Assembly (NCBI RefSeq): GCF_006345805.1 | Contig: NC_043009.1 | Location: 70,618,001-70,682,000 of the forward strand | Reading direction: 5' to 3' | Source of the DNA: Octopus sinensis | Lineage: Eukaryota | Length of the DNA: 64,000 nt | In this document: positions 25,896-40,573 of the stretch, piece by piece | Position numbering within the stretch: position 1 is the stretch's first letter | Layout: each line of letters starts with the position of its first letter | Notes under the pieces: generated by a model | Seen by the model: the letters and a program-made list of their open reading frames with translations, nothing else | Database searches by the model: none | What the model was told of the DNA's origin: nothing | Program-made: the position numbers and the translations under genes

Positions 25896-28129
25896 GAGCT
25901 GGAGTGGCAGGACCAGCCTACTGGGTTGTAAATATTTCCATGAAACATCTAATCGGCCTATCAGTTGGCAGGTGGACCGGCACTGCCTCAGGTAGTACAT
26001 ACATACACACATACATACACACACACCCACATACAAACACACAAACAAACAAACAGCAATACCTTGTTGTTGATGTTGAAATTCCAATGAAGGAGCCTTG
26101 GATCTAGGTTAGAAACCGGTTCTTTCTCTACTGACAAGAAATCTTTAAATAAACTGAATAATGACATACATACATGCGTGCATAGACTTCGTATTTCAAA
26201 TCCAAACGTATTTTGTTTCAATGCGAAACGAGAACGCACAAGGACATTTCCGAGGAATGGATCGAAGTGAATAGTTTCATTGTTGAATATCTCTTCGTTA
26301 AAACTTTTCCACTCTCTTTCTCAAATTGCTGACGATCGCAGCAGAAAGAAGGCGATAACTTGGCAGTCATTAGGATGGCTAGAATACTGTGTGGTATTTG
26401 GCCCTCTTCGTTCTGTGTTACAATCACGTTGATTACGGCTTTGCCATTTTATTCCCACGAGATTGATAAATAATATTCCATTCAAGTACTTGGGGCGTTT
26501 CACATACACCTCTCTTTCTCTCTCCTTCTCTCTCTCCTTCTCTCTCTCCATTTGACTCGCTTTCTTTGAACTGGTAACCATGAGGAAGCTATGAAAGTAG
26601 TGTTTCTACCGTGGCTGCACCAATGCTTTCATCCACTGTGCGGCTTCGAAGGAAATGCAAGCTGCCCAACGATATCCATTGCAATGGAAGCAAACACGTG
26701 CCGAGGGACAAGTTACTTTGCTTCGTGTAAACGATTGATGACCAAAAAATATTTAGTACATTATCAATAGAGACCAGTCTATGAAGAACTAAGTCTGGAA
26801 GTACTTTCTCGAAATTAAGAATAACAAAATGGTAACAAACAAAAATCAATGAGAAGAAGAATTTAAACCTGAATGATTAAATAACAGTGGTAGTTCGACT
26901 TGCAAGAAATAGTGACTGAATCTAACTCAAGCTACACACTAGTATCTTTATGCAATAAATATAGTCGTAGTTATGGTTACACCATGGTTCTTCAACGGTT
27001 CATCAATAGAATGTTATCTTAGTTGACCGCAGTGTTACAGAAGCGTAATTACATGCGCGGGGAAATCTACGGTGATTACTCGAGTATAATCAAAAGCAGT
27101 TATTCTTAATTTTGCTATTGTTAGGAATATGATACACATAATAAGCCATAGTTTTTCTCTTTTTTCCTAAGTTTTTAACATTTAAACAAAGTTTGATGAG
27201 GTTTACTTTGTTTTTAATCTTTCAACTTATTGCTTTACCGCTGTTTCAATGTGTGCACGTATATTGGCAGACAACGAACTGAAAGGAAAATAAGTATGAA
27301 ATGACGATTGTGGTAAAGATTGTGCTGTTACGCATCAGAAGGAAATTCTCTGATTTATTCCAGGGTCAAAACGAATCAAATGGAACCCCTTTATGTATTT
27401 ATTACGTGGTTACGAAGTTCGCTACGGAAACACCAATTTTGCAGGTTCGATCTCAGTGTGTATTACATTCGGAAAATGAATTAGACCAAGGTGTAAGCTG
27501 GAAAATGTGAAACGCGGGCGACGGAAAATGTGCAGAAGCCCGTATATAAAGGTTTAAGAGAACAAACAATAAAAATTCTACTCTAAACATAAGAAAATAT
27601 ATTTCATTATATTGAATCGACAGATGTTAAAAAATAACTGAGAGTTACGTGTGTGACAATAGCCACCTGCGGCCCTCGAGTCAATTTGTAAGTTCAACCG
27701 ATGAAAATAATGATAATAATAATTCGTTACTTTTATTTCGCGAGGCCAGCAATTTTAGGCAAGTAGGGAAAGTCGATTATATCAGTATTCGACTAGTATT
27801 CGACTGAGACTATTTCTATGTGTGTTGGTGTGCTATTATTTTGTGAGAGGAAATTATCGTGATTTTATCTGTTGATGAATTTAAATCTATGTTGTAGATT
27901 CAAATTACAGCAGTATAATTATAGCAGTATAATCTACTACTATAATTATAGCAGTAGATTAGAGCAGAATAATTAAGAATGTTTCTTAACGGTTGTCAGT
28001 AGAGTAAGAATGCATAATGCGGTTTTTCTTATATTTGTGATTCTGGGGATTGTAATGGCGTAAATGGCGCTGACGCATTCCGGAAATCCCGCTGATACTT
28101 ATCAGTCAATTGAGTGGCAGGTCAACTAA

Positions 28130-29230
28130 TATGAGATGCTCACTTTAGAAAGATGCGATGCAGGTGACAGCAGAGTTATGGTTCGGTATGCGCCGATGTG
28201 TATATTCGTTTTCGAAAGAAAGGAAGAGACAGAGAGTAAGAGTTATGTTGGAAATTTTCTGGGTTGGCGGATTTGGGGTTCTGCGGTTGCTCTTCTTACT
28301 GGTCTTGCGCTCGTTGCTGTGTTTGGTACTGGTGTTGTTGTTGTTCTTGATGCTGGTGGTTTTGTTTTGGGAGCTGCAGTGTCGGTGGTTGGCGGGTATT
28401 CTCCCTCTTGTATTTTTCTCTTCTTTTTTTTTGTTCAAAAAGGAAACCTCTCTCATGGACTCCTCACCTAAATAATCAATGACATGGCCTTGAGCTTTTA
28501 ACCACATCATTCTTTTGCACTTCGTTTGGCCGGAGGCCAAGTGTTAGACCCTTTCTCTATATTATCCCGTTTAATCTGGATGAAAATTTGCAATGTGTTC
28601 CCAGACAAAACCTCTTATTTCACGTCCAGGAGAGTATCACTGCCCTCCAGATCGTCACATGCCAACAACTACTTGATTTTTAACCCATTTGGAAGTACCT
28701 CCATTTTCAGATCCTTCAACTTAAATATGTTGTACAGATGATCAGTTCCCAGTGACGCATGGGATTTACAGAGGGCTTTTCTCTTCGAGAAGATAACCAC
28801 ACTCCCGAACTGTCATACTCGGGTCACATAATCTATTCCTGCCCATATTCAGGGGTCTTATTCGACACTCAGTGATACACCAACGCTGGTGTATCACTGA
28901 GTTGGCAACATGTTCTCTATTATCATTCATCTTCAAAACCTCTTCCGCCTGTGTGAACTTGTTGTTTGCAAAGGAAGCATTATTCTGTTCATTTTGCTGC
29001 TAATCCAGAAAAAATTGCTTTCTTTTGATGTTATCTCACCTGTTATGTAGTCGCCCACGTTGTTGTCTTTTCCGCTGTTGCTGAAGTTTACGTTGTTGTC
29101 GCTCAGTCTGGTTGATGCTGATATTGTTGTTTTCCTTGTTTCTACTTTGTTGTTGTTGCTTGTGCTGAATGAAACATTGCTGTTGCCAATTCTGATGTGT
29201 TTTTTTTTCATTGTTTTTGTTATCATTGTT
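28130..29230 (-). other. Degraded coding-like, low-complexity segment, possibly a LINE ORF1 remnant
   Basis: AAC/AGC-rich codon-like runs flank a more complex core. No diagnostic motif recognised. Confidence 0.2.
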
Positions 29231-32200
29231 TTCGTGCAAATGGTCTACCTCCCCGTTAAATTCTATAACGGGTGGTATTGCTGCCATAATTACTAACGCG
29301 TACAAACATAGATGAAAGCTAACATGTATTACCACATTTCTGCTTTTGTAGGACCCGAGATGGCGGTTATCCTGCTCAACCAATGGTTTAGGTGTTCTTA
29401 TTTCAAATTTTGACATTTCACGACGCTGTAATTCATTTATTGCAGTATTAAACCATATTCTTTTGAAGATATATGTACCGCTTTCAATACGTATGATTAA
29501 TTACCTTGTAACGCATTTCCAGTTGATAAAGATTAAAAATATTTACCGAAAGTCCTTATACAACCTTTCAGCAAGCTCCTTCTGGGAATTATTTTCAGGT
29601 AAACAATTTTAAACAGCGCTTCCGTGGAACCTCATCTGGGAAGTAAAACAAAACAACTTTGTTTAATTAATGATTAGTAAAAATATTGTGCTTAAATAAG
29701 TTTTATCAATTAAGTACCTGCTGTATAATTCCCACTAATTTAATTAAACTTAAGGCAAAATTTAATCTGCGAGCTTTATTGTATCCATCTAAGATTGCTG
29801 GTTGCTAAGCGACCATACTCGTCGAATTCCTTCCATCTCTAAGATTCATCGGCACCTGGAAAAATAAAACTGTTTACGAGGAACATAACTACACCGAAGA
29901 CCTTCCAAGCTCATCTTCCCTCCTCTCCCTCTTGAAAAAAAATTATTATATGAAATGAAACTATTTCTTTTTCGACAATGCTATTTTTCTTTTCCTTCTT
30001 AGAGGAAGGACGACATATTTATGGGCTGCCTACCTTGTATGAAAAGACCTTAGTGGATTGATATATCGGAACTGCATCACTTATGAATTGAAACTGCATA
30101 CCAGACCTCCGATATTGAATAGTTTGCAGCTTGCTTTACAAGGCTTGACAATTTGAAATGCGTAATGTTGAAGCAAATATTCCAATAGAGTTATTGAAAA
30201 ACAATCATCGAAAATCGCATTCTCTTAATTCGCTAAACAAAGCCTGTGTGCTGGAGTTAGCAAATGGCTTGTTAGATTATTCCATTTCTGCACATATTCT
30301 CTATATCTTACGTATTTCGGAGATATAACATTTTACTGTGTCAATGTATCGCGGCGGTTTTATGTGTCTGGCTTTCGATTAACAGCTATAGAGCTAACAG
30401 AATATCACTATAACATTCATGTAAGTAGCATTGAAAAAAATAAATATAAATAATATTAGTTAAAATAAAATAAGAATCGATACGCAGCTACCATTAACTT
30501 TCAGTTCCCATCAACTTCATTGCAACAATGTATTATCAGGCGCTTCTCAATACACAGAAACTACGACCCGTCAATCTATCTTTGTGAATGGAAATAAAAG
30601 CAAGTGGAATCATTTAAATGCCGTTCGGTTGTATCACGTGAAATATTTTCTATACTTTTTCACGTATTTACTCCCATTTACTCTCTTACTACAGACTGCA
30701 GCAGCAACAGACTTAAAAATCTAAACTGTTTTACTTGCTTTGGATAGACGTTCCATTAATTGACCACCATAAATGCCATGTCTAGAATTGCGAATTGCTG
30801 ATATTCACAACCGCTGTACAACATCAAACGCTGGCAACACAATAGCATCGTTGCAAATTGAAAAGAATGAGTTCAAAGAACTGTCTCTTTATCAGTTATA
30901 GGTTCGAATGCTAGCTACAGGAATATATTACCAGTGTACAATATGCTCATAGAACTGCTTGGAGACTTGGTTTAGAATACGAATAAAAATAGAAACGGTT
31001 TTGCGTAACATATAAATATTTTTTTTCCCAAAACGGCAATATTATCTCGGATTTTAGGAATAATAATGAGAGGATTCCTTACCAAATGCAAACATAAAAC
31101 CAAGTTGTTTATACGGACCAACATAACCGGATGCCATTTATATGTAATGTTATTGCATTTGATAGATTAGATCGCGATGCTGTTTGTAAAACATGGATCT
31201 TCCAGTAATATTCCCCAGACGAAGGAATGTCGTCAAGTATTGGCGTTAATCATGCTCTATTGACATAAAGTCAACCAATAGGAATTTGATTATTCTGACC
31301 AACAAGAAAATAAAATCCACGGTCTAGTCAGAGATTCCATAATAAATATTGGTTTCTTACTGTTTAATGACAAAACGAGTCAATGGGGAAATGAACACAT
31401 TTAACCGAAAGTGGTTTGTCGGTTTATAGTTTGTCAATGATGCACTGTAATGTCGACATCCAAGAAAAATAGCTTTCAGCCACCGACATTATTTATCACT
31501 AAACCTGTAATACCATTGTAAGCAGCCGAGAAATAAGCAACAATACTGCAATACGGTTGTGTTGCATTCGTTCTTGTGGATTATGTTTGTATCAAAGCGC
31601 TAGCGATGAATAAATAATTTTATCGTTGTCAATGCTAAAAGACTTGGATAGGTACCACAATGCAATATGCAATGTTTTCTTTTTGTTATTGTTACTGCCA
31701 TAAATGCTTTAGGTAAGAAGAAAGGGCTGTGCTTTTTACCATTTACGAGACTTTTTGGAGTGAAGTTATGCTGAAACAGAAGGCTTCTGTAGGCCAAAGT
31801 TTGCAATCGTAAACCAAATGAATTTTATAAAAGGATGTTGTGATGATATGAAATGTGACGTCGATCTAATTAGTATGTCTACGTGTACCGCGACAGAAAC
31901 GCATGCTCTCCGCGACTAACGACACTAAAACACGGCTGTTTGGAATGTTTTCAATTCAAATATATTCTAAATAAAATATGCCGTTGTGAGCGCGAGTGCG
32001 CATGCGTGGAGGTGAATATGAAGGCTCAAGCATTAAGTTGAACATTTCATAAAACCGATGAGGTTTCTAATCGAACCAAATAATCGAGGTCTTTGAGTCA
32101 TGGTGTAGCAGCTGAATGATTTATAATACATGATATTCACATGAGTAGTAGTATAAGTTTACCCCCTCTTATTATATTTGCTTCGAGAATTTACGATGAT

Positions 32201-33098
32201 GAAGAAGGGAAGTGTGTTGAAGATAATGATATTAGTAATGATGGCGATCCTGATTTCGATGAAAAGCTATAAGCGCATCATCTACAATGCCTTTACATTC
32301 GGGTGTCATACTATCCACCGGCGTCAAGTAATTTACAGATGCACAATCAGTAAGACGAAATGTCTAGTTTTTGCTCAGTCGAATCGCCTATTCACTGGTT
32401 GTATATAATATCGCATAAGCTGCTTCCGGTATTTTCTATTATTTTTATTTCATGATTTGAGTCGAAATCCTTTTCGAGTTCTCATTTATTAACCGCTGTT
32501 GTTGTTATTGCTGAGTGGTTCCAGACCAGGCCTGACTACAAAGATCTGCGTAAAAAGCATTACAACAATGGCCGTCATCCCTTGACTTCAAAAGTGAGCT
32601 AGTCCAAGCTACGTCATCCAGTATGGTTTTCTTTTCAAAATGGTGGAATGGTGGTTTCAGAGGAAGATTTAGTGGCTGTTTCTAAAACATCAAGGACACC
32701 AATAAAGGTTTCTTTTATAACATAGCTATCACGGACTCGACAACCATAAAAAAAAGGGCCATAAGTCTCTCAGTTGACAAGAGATCGTTTTAAATATTGA
32801 AATTCACGTTGAAAAGAGAGTATTAGTGTCGTTAAATATAATATTGGAAGTCAAATCGTATTTCACGCACTGAATTCCTCTAATTTGGCTTGAATATTGC
32901 ATTGTGATTGCAAGTGTTTATGGAATTGAAATTGCCGACACGTTAATTTAACCAATAAAAATAGCTGTTCGAACAATAATATTTTCATCGACAAAACCTA
33001 CGGATCATTCACCATTTTCCAGATTCTTTCTGTTAACTGCTTTATTAATATGGAATGTTTTTTACAGGTGAAATTCTTTCCTCAAAATTAGATGGTTT

Positions 33099-33171
<73 letters not shown>

Positions 33172-33204
33172 GAGATAGATAGATAGACAGATAGATAGAT
33201 AGAC

Positions 33205-33297
<93 letters not shown>
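33099..33297. repeat. (GATA)n microsatellite
   Basis: Directly visible. Further (GATA)n tracts at 54568-54753 and 61179-61475. Confidence 0.95.
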
Positions 33298-33781
33298 CGC
33301 ATACATGTATGCATGTACATTAGATCCTGCTTAAAATTTTATGGTCTGAATTTTAAAAAAATGGCCGAAATGCCTCTAGAGCTAATGCTGGGTGCTGCTG
33401 GAAAGATTTTCGTCTTCCACGTGTTTGCGGGGTTGTAACTCAGCAAGTCCATAAGAGATATTATCTCAAGATATATAATGCATTAACTGGCACTATCGAG
33501 AATCTGCGTACATGATGTCTGATACATGGACGGCTATTTTAAATCTATTCAGTTTTATTTGCATATGCAGGGTTTTTAAAAAACTTATGAATATTTAGAT
33601 GCTGGTTTAGAATATTATGTTAAATGTTACTATTGTAATTTGTTATATTGGCAATATTTGTTAAGCAGAAATTATTTGGTCTAGAATCTTCGATTAAATG
33701 TAGTTTCTTTCATTCTTTTGTGTAAGTTGAAAAGATACATATATATATTTATTATATCAATTGACACAGGAGAATAAAGAA

Positions 33782-33841
<60 letters not shown>

Positions 33842-35381
33842 AATACTTCGATATCTATTCTATTTATCTCTCTCTCTCTCTCCCTCTCTCTCTCTATATA
33901 TATATATTATATATATATATATGTATATACATACATATATATATATGAATGTCTGCATATATGTACATATATGCACAAACATGCACACACACATATATAT
34001 AAACATACATATTCATATATATGTATGTGCGAATGTGTGTGTGCATATATATGTGTGCACATTTGTGTATGCTTGTGTATGTGCCATTGTGTGTATATGT
34101 GTTTGTGTAGTTTAACGAGCGTCCGTGTAAAAATGATACAGTATTAGGAGACAAGTGCTGTAGCATAAACAGTAATGTTCAGGATTAAATGCCTTTCAAT
34201 ATTTCGTTCCTTACTTTAATCTTCAGTGATGAAATATAATGTTGACAATCTCTTTCATCGATCTGAGTTCGATAAAATAAGCTGAAACCTTTTAACTCTG
34301 ACGATTTTATCTTAATACCCCTTTCGAAGAAATTTATTGCATGCTGCTATCATTATCGTTAACAGTATTCTTTATTCTCCTGAAGAGCGGTGGATGGCAA
34401 AAACGAGGGGACGCTGGACGTTTTGCATGTTTTTTTTTATATATTTTTTCCATCGCACTTTTATTCTTCTTCCTTTTGTGTTCAAACCCAACTGAAATGA
34501 TTTTCGAGGTCGATTAAGTAAGTACTAAAAGTGTATATAAGATAGATTTAATCAACAATAAAGTACCTAGGATGTAAAAAATATCTAACAAAGATTTAAG
34601 CCTACCAACGCTCAGGTGGTGCGTTACAGATGAATGATGAAAAGTTGGGAGTAAGGGTCAAAGACTTGATATTACATTTTACTCTTTAATAGGTGAATTT
34701 CGGGAGATGTTGCGAACTGAGAAAATGCATGAAGAATAGTTAAATGTTGTTATCTATTGTAATTTACCGTAATAAACTTTGTATACAATGTCATTTTATC
34801 ATTTAAATAAAAATCAAATTGTACCCCAAAAGAATACCTTTCGTCCTTTTCCCTGAATAAAATATAAAAGTGACTATCGAGTGTGTAAAGATCGTTGTTG
34901 AACAATATATCATCGAAGATAACAAAGCAAAAAAACACATTAGCCAAGAATTTCAAATAATAGAAGCTTTCTTAATATAACAACAAACGAATGAATCAAA
35001 CAGAAAATTACACACATGACGCTCATTGATATTTGCTTACAAACATCGAGGTTTGGCTACAATAGACGAGGATAGAATAGTCTTTAACAGAATTGGGGAA
35101 ATATTTCTTTTCTCCGGTACTTTTGTATAAGTATTCTTAAAACTTATATGGAAAGGCATCAACATTGATATTTCAATACAACTATAATAGAAGAACCTCT
35201 TGTGTATTTCAAATTCTAAATTCGTTTACTAAACATTTTGTGCGTAGGAATTCATTTAAAATTCTATTTCGAGGTACGTAAAGCCGACAACAGAACAATA
35301 TAGTCATTCACATGCATCCACACACATACACACCACACAAGTTGATATACATATACTTATGTGCGTATACAAAAGTCTGCG

Positions 35382-35416
<35 letters not shown>

Positions 35417-35425
35417 ATATATATG

Positions 35426-35489
<64 letters not shown>

Positions 35490-37479
35490 ATATATACGCG
35501 TATATATGTGTAGATATACAAAAATACTAGTATATATATGTATGTGCGTGTGTGTGAGAGGGAGGGTGTGTGTATGTAAGCAAACATACCCACCCAGTAA
35601 CACACGTACACGTTAATAAATGACGAGCTTAAAACATCATTTTTCGATCCACCCGACAAAATTCGCCACGATTGGTGTCATAAAATGAATGTAAAGAATC
35701 GAAGATATAATCAATCATTCATATAAAGAAAAGCATTTTAACACAACAAATTGAAGCCTCTGAATGGGTTTAAAGTCACTCCAACACCTCTGTACCCTAA
35801 CGTCAATGGAACACGGAATCATATCACTCACTTCTATAGAAAATTACGTTTAACAGAACAATTTATTTGATAAAGAAATCAATTAATCAATTATGCGAAA
35901 TAAAAGGTAGGAACAAAAATTATACAAATTTTCTGATTTCATATCGAACATCCCATATCATACCGTTAGATTCTAATCCAACCACAATGAAAAGGATTAA
36001 GAAGTTACCCTTCAACTAAAAAAACACAATCACATCCAAATAAAAGAAGTGCTGCAGTAATTATAGAAACTGAATATGACAAAAGCTGTAGAATGTCCTT
36101 ACCGTAAGACGTCACCTGTTATGTAAATGATAAGCAATCACTGACCATGGCACGTTAAGAATAATGATAACGTGTTCATTCATATACTCCGCAAAGATTG
36201 AAGCTCTAAGTCATGCAATTGCTAAACCAACTTTGAATCCAAACCAAATAATCTGTAGGACTCCACAAACTTCGCAAAATTAATGCCTGTATAGAATTAA
36301 CTTCAAATTGTATAAACTTACCAGACCCCTAACGAACTTAAAAGAAGACAAATTGTAGTGAATCCGAGAAATAGAACATATATACTCTGCAGCTTTGTAG
36401 AGTGCCTGCTCAAAAGTTTCCGATATATATTCAATGCTTTCTATATAATGTTTTAAACCTGTTAAACCTGATGTCCTAAGAGAGAGAGCTTATAAAGTAC
36501 TTTGCCCGGATTGATAATCCCTCACTGATAACTCTCTCTCACTTTCACTCTCTCTCCATCTCTCTCTCTCACTTTCACTCTCTCTCCATCTCTCTATCTC
36601 ACTTTCTGTATATATAATTATAAGCATATATTTGTGCGTATGCATATATTTCCAGTATTGTCTTATGCGCCATATATATAAACACATACATATATGTACA
36701 TGTGCAAACATATATAAAAAACATATTAAGCATATAAACATATAACATACATAAGCGAATAAAAATACATACACACAGGAACCTGTGACAATTGCTTTTG
36801 AGGTGTGTAAAAATATGTGTGTAATCTTGGTCGTGATATTTGTGTAAAAGAAACTTTGTACTAAGTAACATTCATATTTTTGTTACGCATGTTTTTCAGG
36901 GAAATAAAAAAAATGCTCCGTCTTGATGTAGTCTGCTATTCTAGTGCTGAGCACAAAGAAGCGAATATATCCAAGTAGAGAATTTATATATAAATATGAA
37001 AGAATCTGCTGTAATTATGAGCTGAATTAAAAACAGGTTGTAAACTTCGACACTTCATAACGTTGCAGTAAATCCATGCACCACACACACACATGCACAC
37101 ACACACACACACTCACACACGCTCACACACTCGCACACACACACACACACTCATACACCCTCACAGATGCACACACACAAATAAGCGGCTTAAATGCATT
37201 TTAAGAGCAACAGCTTTTGCATAAAATCAGAAAAAGCATAAATTTCACATATATTTCAATTGTTAATTATGATCAACCGCTAATTCATTAAGATATCACT
37301 GAACGTATAATTGCATAATTGTGGTGCATAATTTAAAATAATTCAATCAATTTTGTCAAATTAATCTAAAAACAGTATTTACCCAAACCATCAAGGATAT
37401 TATGCTCATAATGTATCTGTTACTCGTTTAAATGTATTGAGAGAACAATGACAAGAAAAGCAATGCGTGTGTGTAATAT

Positions 37480-37830
37480 ATACTTCACTGAAGTTTCCCC
37501 CTCCTCTTGGTTAACAAAGCGTACCCAGCGCAGGAACTGAGCAATAGAATGGAACAAGTAATACTCCGAGGTGTCTAGGTTCGGGTTATATGCTGGGTGT
37601 AGCATCAATTCGAAACTCTGAACATCCTGGAGTATGAGGTCTTGCGTTGTCTTGCTACAGAAGATTTCACTTTCTTTTAAACAATGTCGGGTATTTTTGT
37701 CACGCTGTGGTACGCATCTGCCCCAGCTTTTTGGAGTTCAAGTTGGCATCGATGGTTCGACTATCCGGAACGAACTCGTTGTGAATTATCCCTTCGTAAT
37801 TCCACGAAACGTGGTTGACGGCAGTTTCCG
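37480..37830 (-). pseudogene. Old mariner transposase fragment
   Basis: Minus strand EFVPDSRTIDAN...QDNARPH...LHPAYNPNLDTSEYYLFHSIAQFL, a degenerate HPPYSPDLAPSDYYLF. Confidence 0.75.
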
Positions 37831-38332
37831 GAAGGTAGCTCTTAATTACCTACTGCTTATTCACACTATCACACTCGGATTATTTCTTGCAATCGAAATA
37901 AACATTTCGACTAGCACCACACGCAAATAGAAATATGTATAAACAGCAAAGAACATTAAAGAATATAACAGGACTTAGTGGAAGCGAATTCAGAAAGGTA
38001 GCAACATTTTCTCTATCAAAATACGATGCAGATATCGAGAACGACATTGCTAAATATGAAGGTATGCACATATACACATGCATCAGAATGCATACATTCA
38101 TATTGAGACACAAACGCGCGTGTCCATGTGTACGTACGTCAACACGAATAATTTTTATGCAACTACGAAATAAACTATATATATAATGTGTGGGTGTTTA
38201 CGTTTGTTACGTGTTTCACATCAATCTGTGGGATTTCTCAATATCTTTTGTAGAGTACATATGCCCTTTTACAAGAATGGGTCCAGTCTTCTAGCATATA
38301 TCAACCAGATAAAGCTTTAACAGATAGAACAC

Positions 38333-38386
38333 TCACACACACACACACACACACACTCACACACACATACATACATATATATATAA

Positions 38387-38470
<84 letters not shown>

Positions 38471-39028
38471 CTATATATGTATGTATAAGTTGTTGTGTAT
38501 TCAATTACCTGTGTATTTATTTTTGCCCTCCTTCCTCTTTTTCTTCTTCTTCTTCTTCTTCTTCTTCTTCTTCTTCTTCTACTTCTTCTACTGCTTCTTC
38601 TTCTTCTTCTTCTTCTTAGTATTTTCCTCGGTTTCGTATTTAAAACAGTAACGCTTGTTTCATTACCAAAACATTCCTGATTGTTTCAGTAAACACTGCT
38701 TTTAAATTAATTTGAATTAAATATGTTTAATTTAATTACAATTAATTATGCATTCCGGTTATGTGATCTTACGTTCGGTGTTTGTGTCAATTAAATAGAA
38801 GTTAAGCACAATTAATGTACATTATGTGAAATTTGTGCTTTTTATGCTTTTACGCTACACATACATACATACATACATACATACATACATACATACATAC
38901 ATGCATACATACATACATACATACATACATACATACATACATACATACATACATACATACATACATGCATACATACATACATACATACATACATACATAC
39001 ATACATACATACATACATACATACATAC
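38333..39028. repeat. Microsatellite cluster (CA)n, (TA)n, (CTT)n, (TACA)n
   Basis: Directly visible. Confidence 0.9.
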
Positions 39029-40193
39029 AAATATATTTATATATATGTAGTATAAATATATGTTTATAGGTATTATGCGCATATATATACATATATATGT
39101 GTGTGTGCGTGTATTTGTATAATTATATGTTGTATATGCGTATGCGCGCGTATGTGTTTCTACATTTACTTACCTAATATGAATTAGCATTTTTTCATTC
39201 CTCAAATTAAAGCTCAGTTTCAGGTTTATGATTTTACTGACTCTGGTGTTCAGAAATGAATTTGATTTATCAAAACCTTTACTAGATATATATGTTGAGG
39301 CGATGTTCTGTCATATTTACTACACAATATCTCCGTGGACAGTAAAAGCAAGGCAATGTAGACAAAGCCGTTTCTAGTTTATTAGCCTTCGTCAGGTATT
39401 GACTTCCCAGCATTTTAATGTCGTCTGGTATATGAGTCAAAACTGTATGTATGAAAACATCTTCACGTTAGCTCCAAAATATTAAGTATCAGAATCCTGA
39501 TGCTGCTCATAAAACTGCAAACTGTTGGTCCCTCCCGATCGGGTAGTGTATTAAACCAGACAGATCTGTACGACCGTCTCATACACCTAGCCATTTTATT
39601 AATTGAATTCTTTTAATTTAATTACGAATGCAGTGACTGTTAGAATATTTAAGTATATCCTAAAGTAACGTTATATGGTTACTCTATATTTACATGTAGG
39701 AAGCCTGCATAGAATAAGGAAGAATGGCCGAGCTATGATTCAAATCAACATAGAAATAAATCACGATGAAAATTAATTAGTGTGTCAAGGCGATGACTGC
39801 AATAGGACGGGTAACATGCTGTGGATCAAATCCGCACACAGGTCCACATTAAGGCTAATGCATATCTCTGAATTTTATGTAGCATTTTTATGAATTATTA
39901 CAAAAGTTACTTACCATTCAGTTGGTCAATGCATTGTTCTCAATTTTATAGAATAATAAATACATTGCAAATTGGATGGCGTCCGCTGGGATTTGGGGTT
40001 CGGTCATATATTTTTTCTCTACTATTTGTTTTGTATATGCTTACCATTTGTTTTGTATATGCCTTACATTCTTCTCTGATGAAGTGGAATTTTCCAGTTG
40101 ATTTTGTTTCAAATTTGGGCTGTTCTTTGGTGGTTAAAATTCAACTCTTTTAGTGTGAATTCTTTTGGCTTTATGACACAGTCTCATTCCTAA

Positions 40194-40573
40194 TCTCTCT
40201 CTATATAAACGGCAGTTTGTCTGTGCGTGTTTCTGTGTGTCTGTTTTCTTGTACCCTCACCCTGACCACAGCTTTCAACCGATTCTGATGAAACTTGACA
40301 CACACATAGCCCAATGTCATAATTCAAAACTAACGCAGCGAAAATTTTGAAAAGTTCCCCCAGTTCTGAAAAAAATCTATAAATTCGACATGGGGTCGAG
40401 AATCAGAAACACAAACCGCAAACTGTCTAGGGGACGCAACTCCACCTTTTTTAACTAAAAAAAATTTACCATCATTTTTTCCATCTTTTGGCTATTTTTT
40501 GGCTATAACTCTCTAAAAATGCTTTATAGTTATTTCCCTTACAAACCTGAGCAACGCCGGGCGATACTGCTAG
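40194..40573 (+). mobile_element. Non-autonomous Helitron-like element
   Basis: Inserted between A and T with no TSD. 5' TC(TCTCTCTATATAAA), GTCTGT-type repeats near the 5' end, subterminal hairpin CCTGAGCAACGCCGGG and 3' CTAG. Confidence 0.8.

Noticed and set aside
36531-36606. 30-bp tandem repeat
   Set aside because: A higher-order unit of a CT microsatellite; unremarkable.
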